Shown here in pieces: positions 62,806-64,000 of a DNA stretch of 64,000 bases; within the stretch, counting starts at the first letter, position 1; each line of letters opens with the position of its first letter. The translations under genes and the position numbers were made by a program. The DNA is from Nitrospirales bacterium (GTDB taxonomy: Bacteria; Nitrospirota; Nitrospiria; Nitrospirales; UBA8639): positions 1,824,001 through 1,888,000 of the forward strand of contig CBDCWC010000003.1 in assembly GCA_965223295.1 (NCBI GenBank). Reading direction: 5' to 3'. Below the pieces are notes generated by a model. That model saw only the letters and a list, made by a program, of their open reading frames with translations. It had not been told where the DNA came from and did no database searches.

Positions 62806-63228
62806 ATGTTAGCGCCAAAACGTATAAAGTTTCGTAAGGTTCAAAAGGGCCGTATGAGAGGGAAGGCTTACCGTGGTGGAGAAGTCTCTCATGGACAATT
62901 TGGTCTTAAGGCAATGGAACCAGGGCGGATCACGGCCAGGCAAATTGAGGCAGCTCGTATTGCCATGACTCGTCATGTCAAGCGCGGCGGAAGAATTTGG
63001 ACCAGAATATTCCCAGATAAACCGATTACCAAAAAACCAGCAGAAGTAAGAATGGGTAAGGGAAAAGGGAATCCTGAATACTGGGCAGCCGTCGTAAAGT
63101 CAGGGCGAATTTTATTTGAGATGGATGATGTCTCTCAAGCCGTAGCAGAGGAAGCGTTCCGATTAGCTGGTCATAAGCTTCCTGTTTTAACGAAATTTGT
63201 CGTTCGTGGTGAGATTCCGGTTTTATAG
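62806..63228 (+). CDS. rplP: 50S ribosomal protein L16
   Basis: QIEAAR, RMGKGKG. Confidence 0.99.
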   Translation: MLAPKRIKFRKVQKGRMRGKAYRGGEVSHGQFGLKAMEPGRITARQIEAARIAMTRHVKRGGRIWTRIFPDKPITKKPAEVRMGKGKGNPEYWAAVVKSGRILFEMDDVSQAVAEEAFRLAGHKLPVLTKFVVRGEIPVL

Positions 63229-63246
63229 GTTTAAGGGACATGTTCC

Positions 63247-63435
63247 ATGCAAATTGATGAATTAGAAGGATTAGAAAAATCTGAATTAGTGGAAAAAGTT
63301 AATCAATTAAAACAGGAGCTTTTTCACTTCCGTTCACAGTTGGCTATGGGCCGAATCGAAAATCCCATGAAAATACGAGAAACGAAGCGAAATATTGCGC
63401 GGGTTCATACGATCCTTCGTCAAAAAAATACCTAA
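63247..63435 (+). CDS. rpmC: 50S ribosomal protein L29
   Basis: ELFHFR, IARVHT; canonical position. Confidence 0.95.
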   Translation: MQIDELEGLEKSELVEKVNQLKQELFHFRSQLAMGRIENPMKIRETKRNIARVHTILRQKNT

Positions 63436-63463
63436 AAATGTTTTTCCTGAAAGTTAGAAATTT

Positions 63464-63718
63464 ATGACACAAATCCGATCAGCCCCTCGTGCGCTCACAG
63501 GCAAAGTTGTGAGTAATAAAATGCAGAAGACCGTTGTTGTGGAAGTGACACGAATTGAGCGTCATGCTCTTTATGGAAAAGTGATCCGGCGTAAGAGCAA
63601 GATGAAGGCACACGATGAGAAAAGTGAATGCAAGATGGGCGATCAAGTGAAAATTGTTTATTCTCGCCCGCTCAGCAAAGACAAGCATTGGCGTGTCGCT
63701 GAAGTCTGTGGAAAATGA
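63464..63718 (+). CDS. rpsQ: 30S ribosomal protein S17
   Basis: [20 protein letters not shown]. Confidence 0.97.
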   Translation: MTQIRSAPRALTGKVVSNKMQKTVVVEVTRIERHALYGKVIRRKSKMKAHDEKSECKMGDQVKIVYSRPLSKDKHWRVAEVCGK

Positions 63719-63777
63719 CTTTTCAGTCTACGCATAAAAGAAGGTATTCTTCGCGGTTATTTTTTTAGAGCTGAATC

Positions 63778-64000
63778 ATGATTCAAAATTACACCTATCT
63801 TGACGTTGCAGATAATTCTGGTGCTAAAAGCGTGCGTTGTTTTCATGTGTTGGGCGGGACCAGAAGGCGTTACGGCTCCTTGGGCGATCTCATTGTTGTT
63901 TCGGTGAGAGAAGCTATTCCAAGAGCATCAGTGAAAAAAGGCGATGTGATGAAGGCCGTTATCGTCCGAACGAAAAAGGGGTCTCGGCGCGAGGATGGAT
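63778..64000 (+). CDS. rplN: 50S ribosomal protein L14, truncated by the window edge
   Basis: Manual translation [17 protein letters not shown]...[13 protein letters not shown]. Confidence 0.96.
   Translation, partial: MIQNYTYLDVADNSGAKSVRCFHVLGGTRRRYGSLGDLIVVSVREAIPRASVKKGDVMKAVIVRTKKGSRREDG

Overview
Core-genome window of a bacterium that most likely belongs to the Nitrospirales (phylum Nitrospirota). This assignment is inferred from gene order, a Pup-type gene, Cyc2-like porin-cytochromes and the EF-Tu effector-loop variant. From left to right: plsX-fab operon, rnc, cyclophilin; a minus-strand hugZ/beta-propeller/Cys-rich cluster; folD-panB; a ~10 kb accessory redox island; the pheA-hisC-aroF-tyrA-aroA-cmk-plsC-rpsA-sppA-ihfB supraoperon; a 4x PCP_red protein, RNase HI, TPR protein, tRNA-Val, an orphan Pup, rel, DUF192; and the tRNA-tuf-secE-nusG-rpl-rpoBC-str-S10 cluster. 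Notable items: (1) two mirror-image cassettes (Cyc2-like porin-cytochrome, diheme cytochrome c, amicyanin-loop cupredoxin) converge on an orphan hybrid histidine kinase; (2) rplJ and rplL are fused in frame but keep an internal Shine-Dalgarno; (3) a ~190 bp MITE occurs five times with 5-bp target-site duplications, and one copy rewrote a protein C-terminus; (4) a heptamer-periodic palindromic repeat occurs between genes and also in frame inside the kinase; (5) the second tuf copy has a 1-nt frameshift that is probably a sequencing error. All calls come from reading the sequence; no database searches were run.
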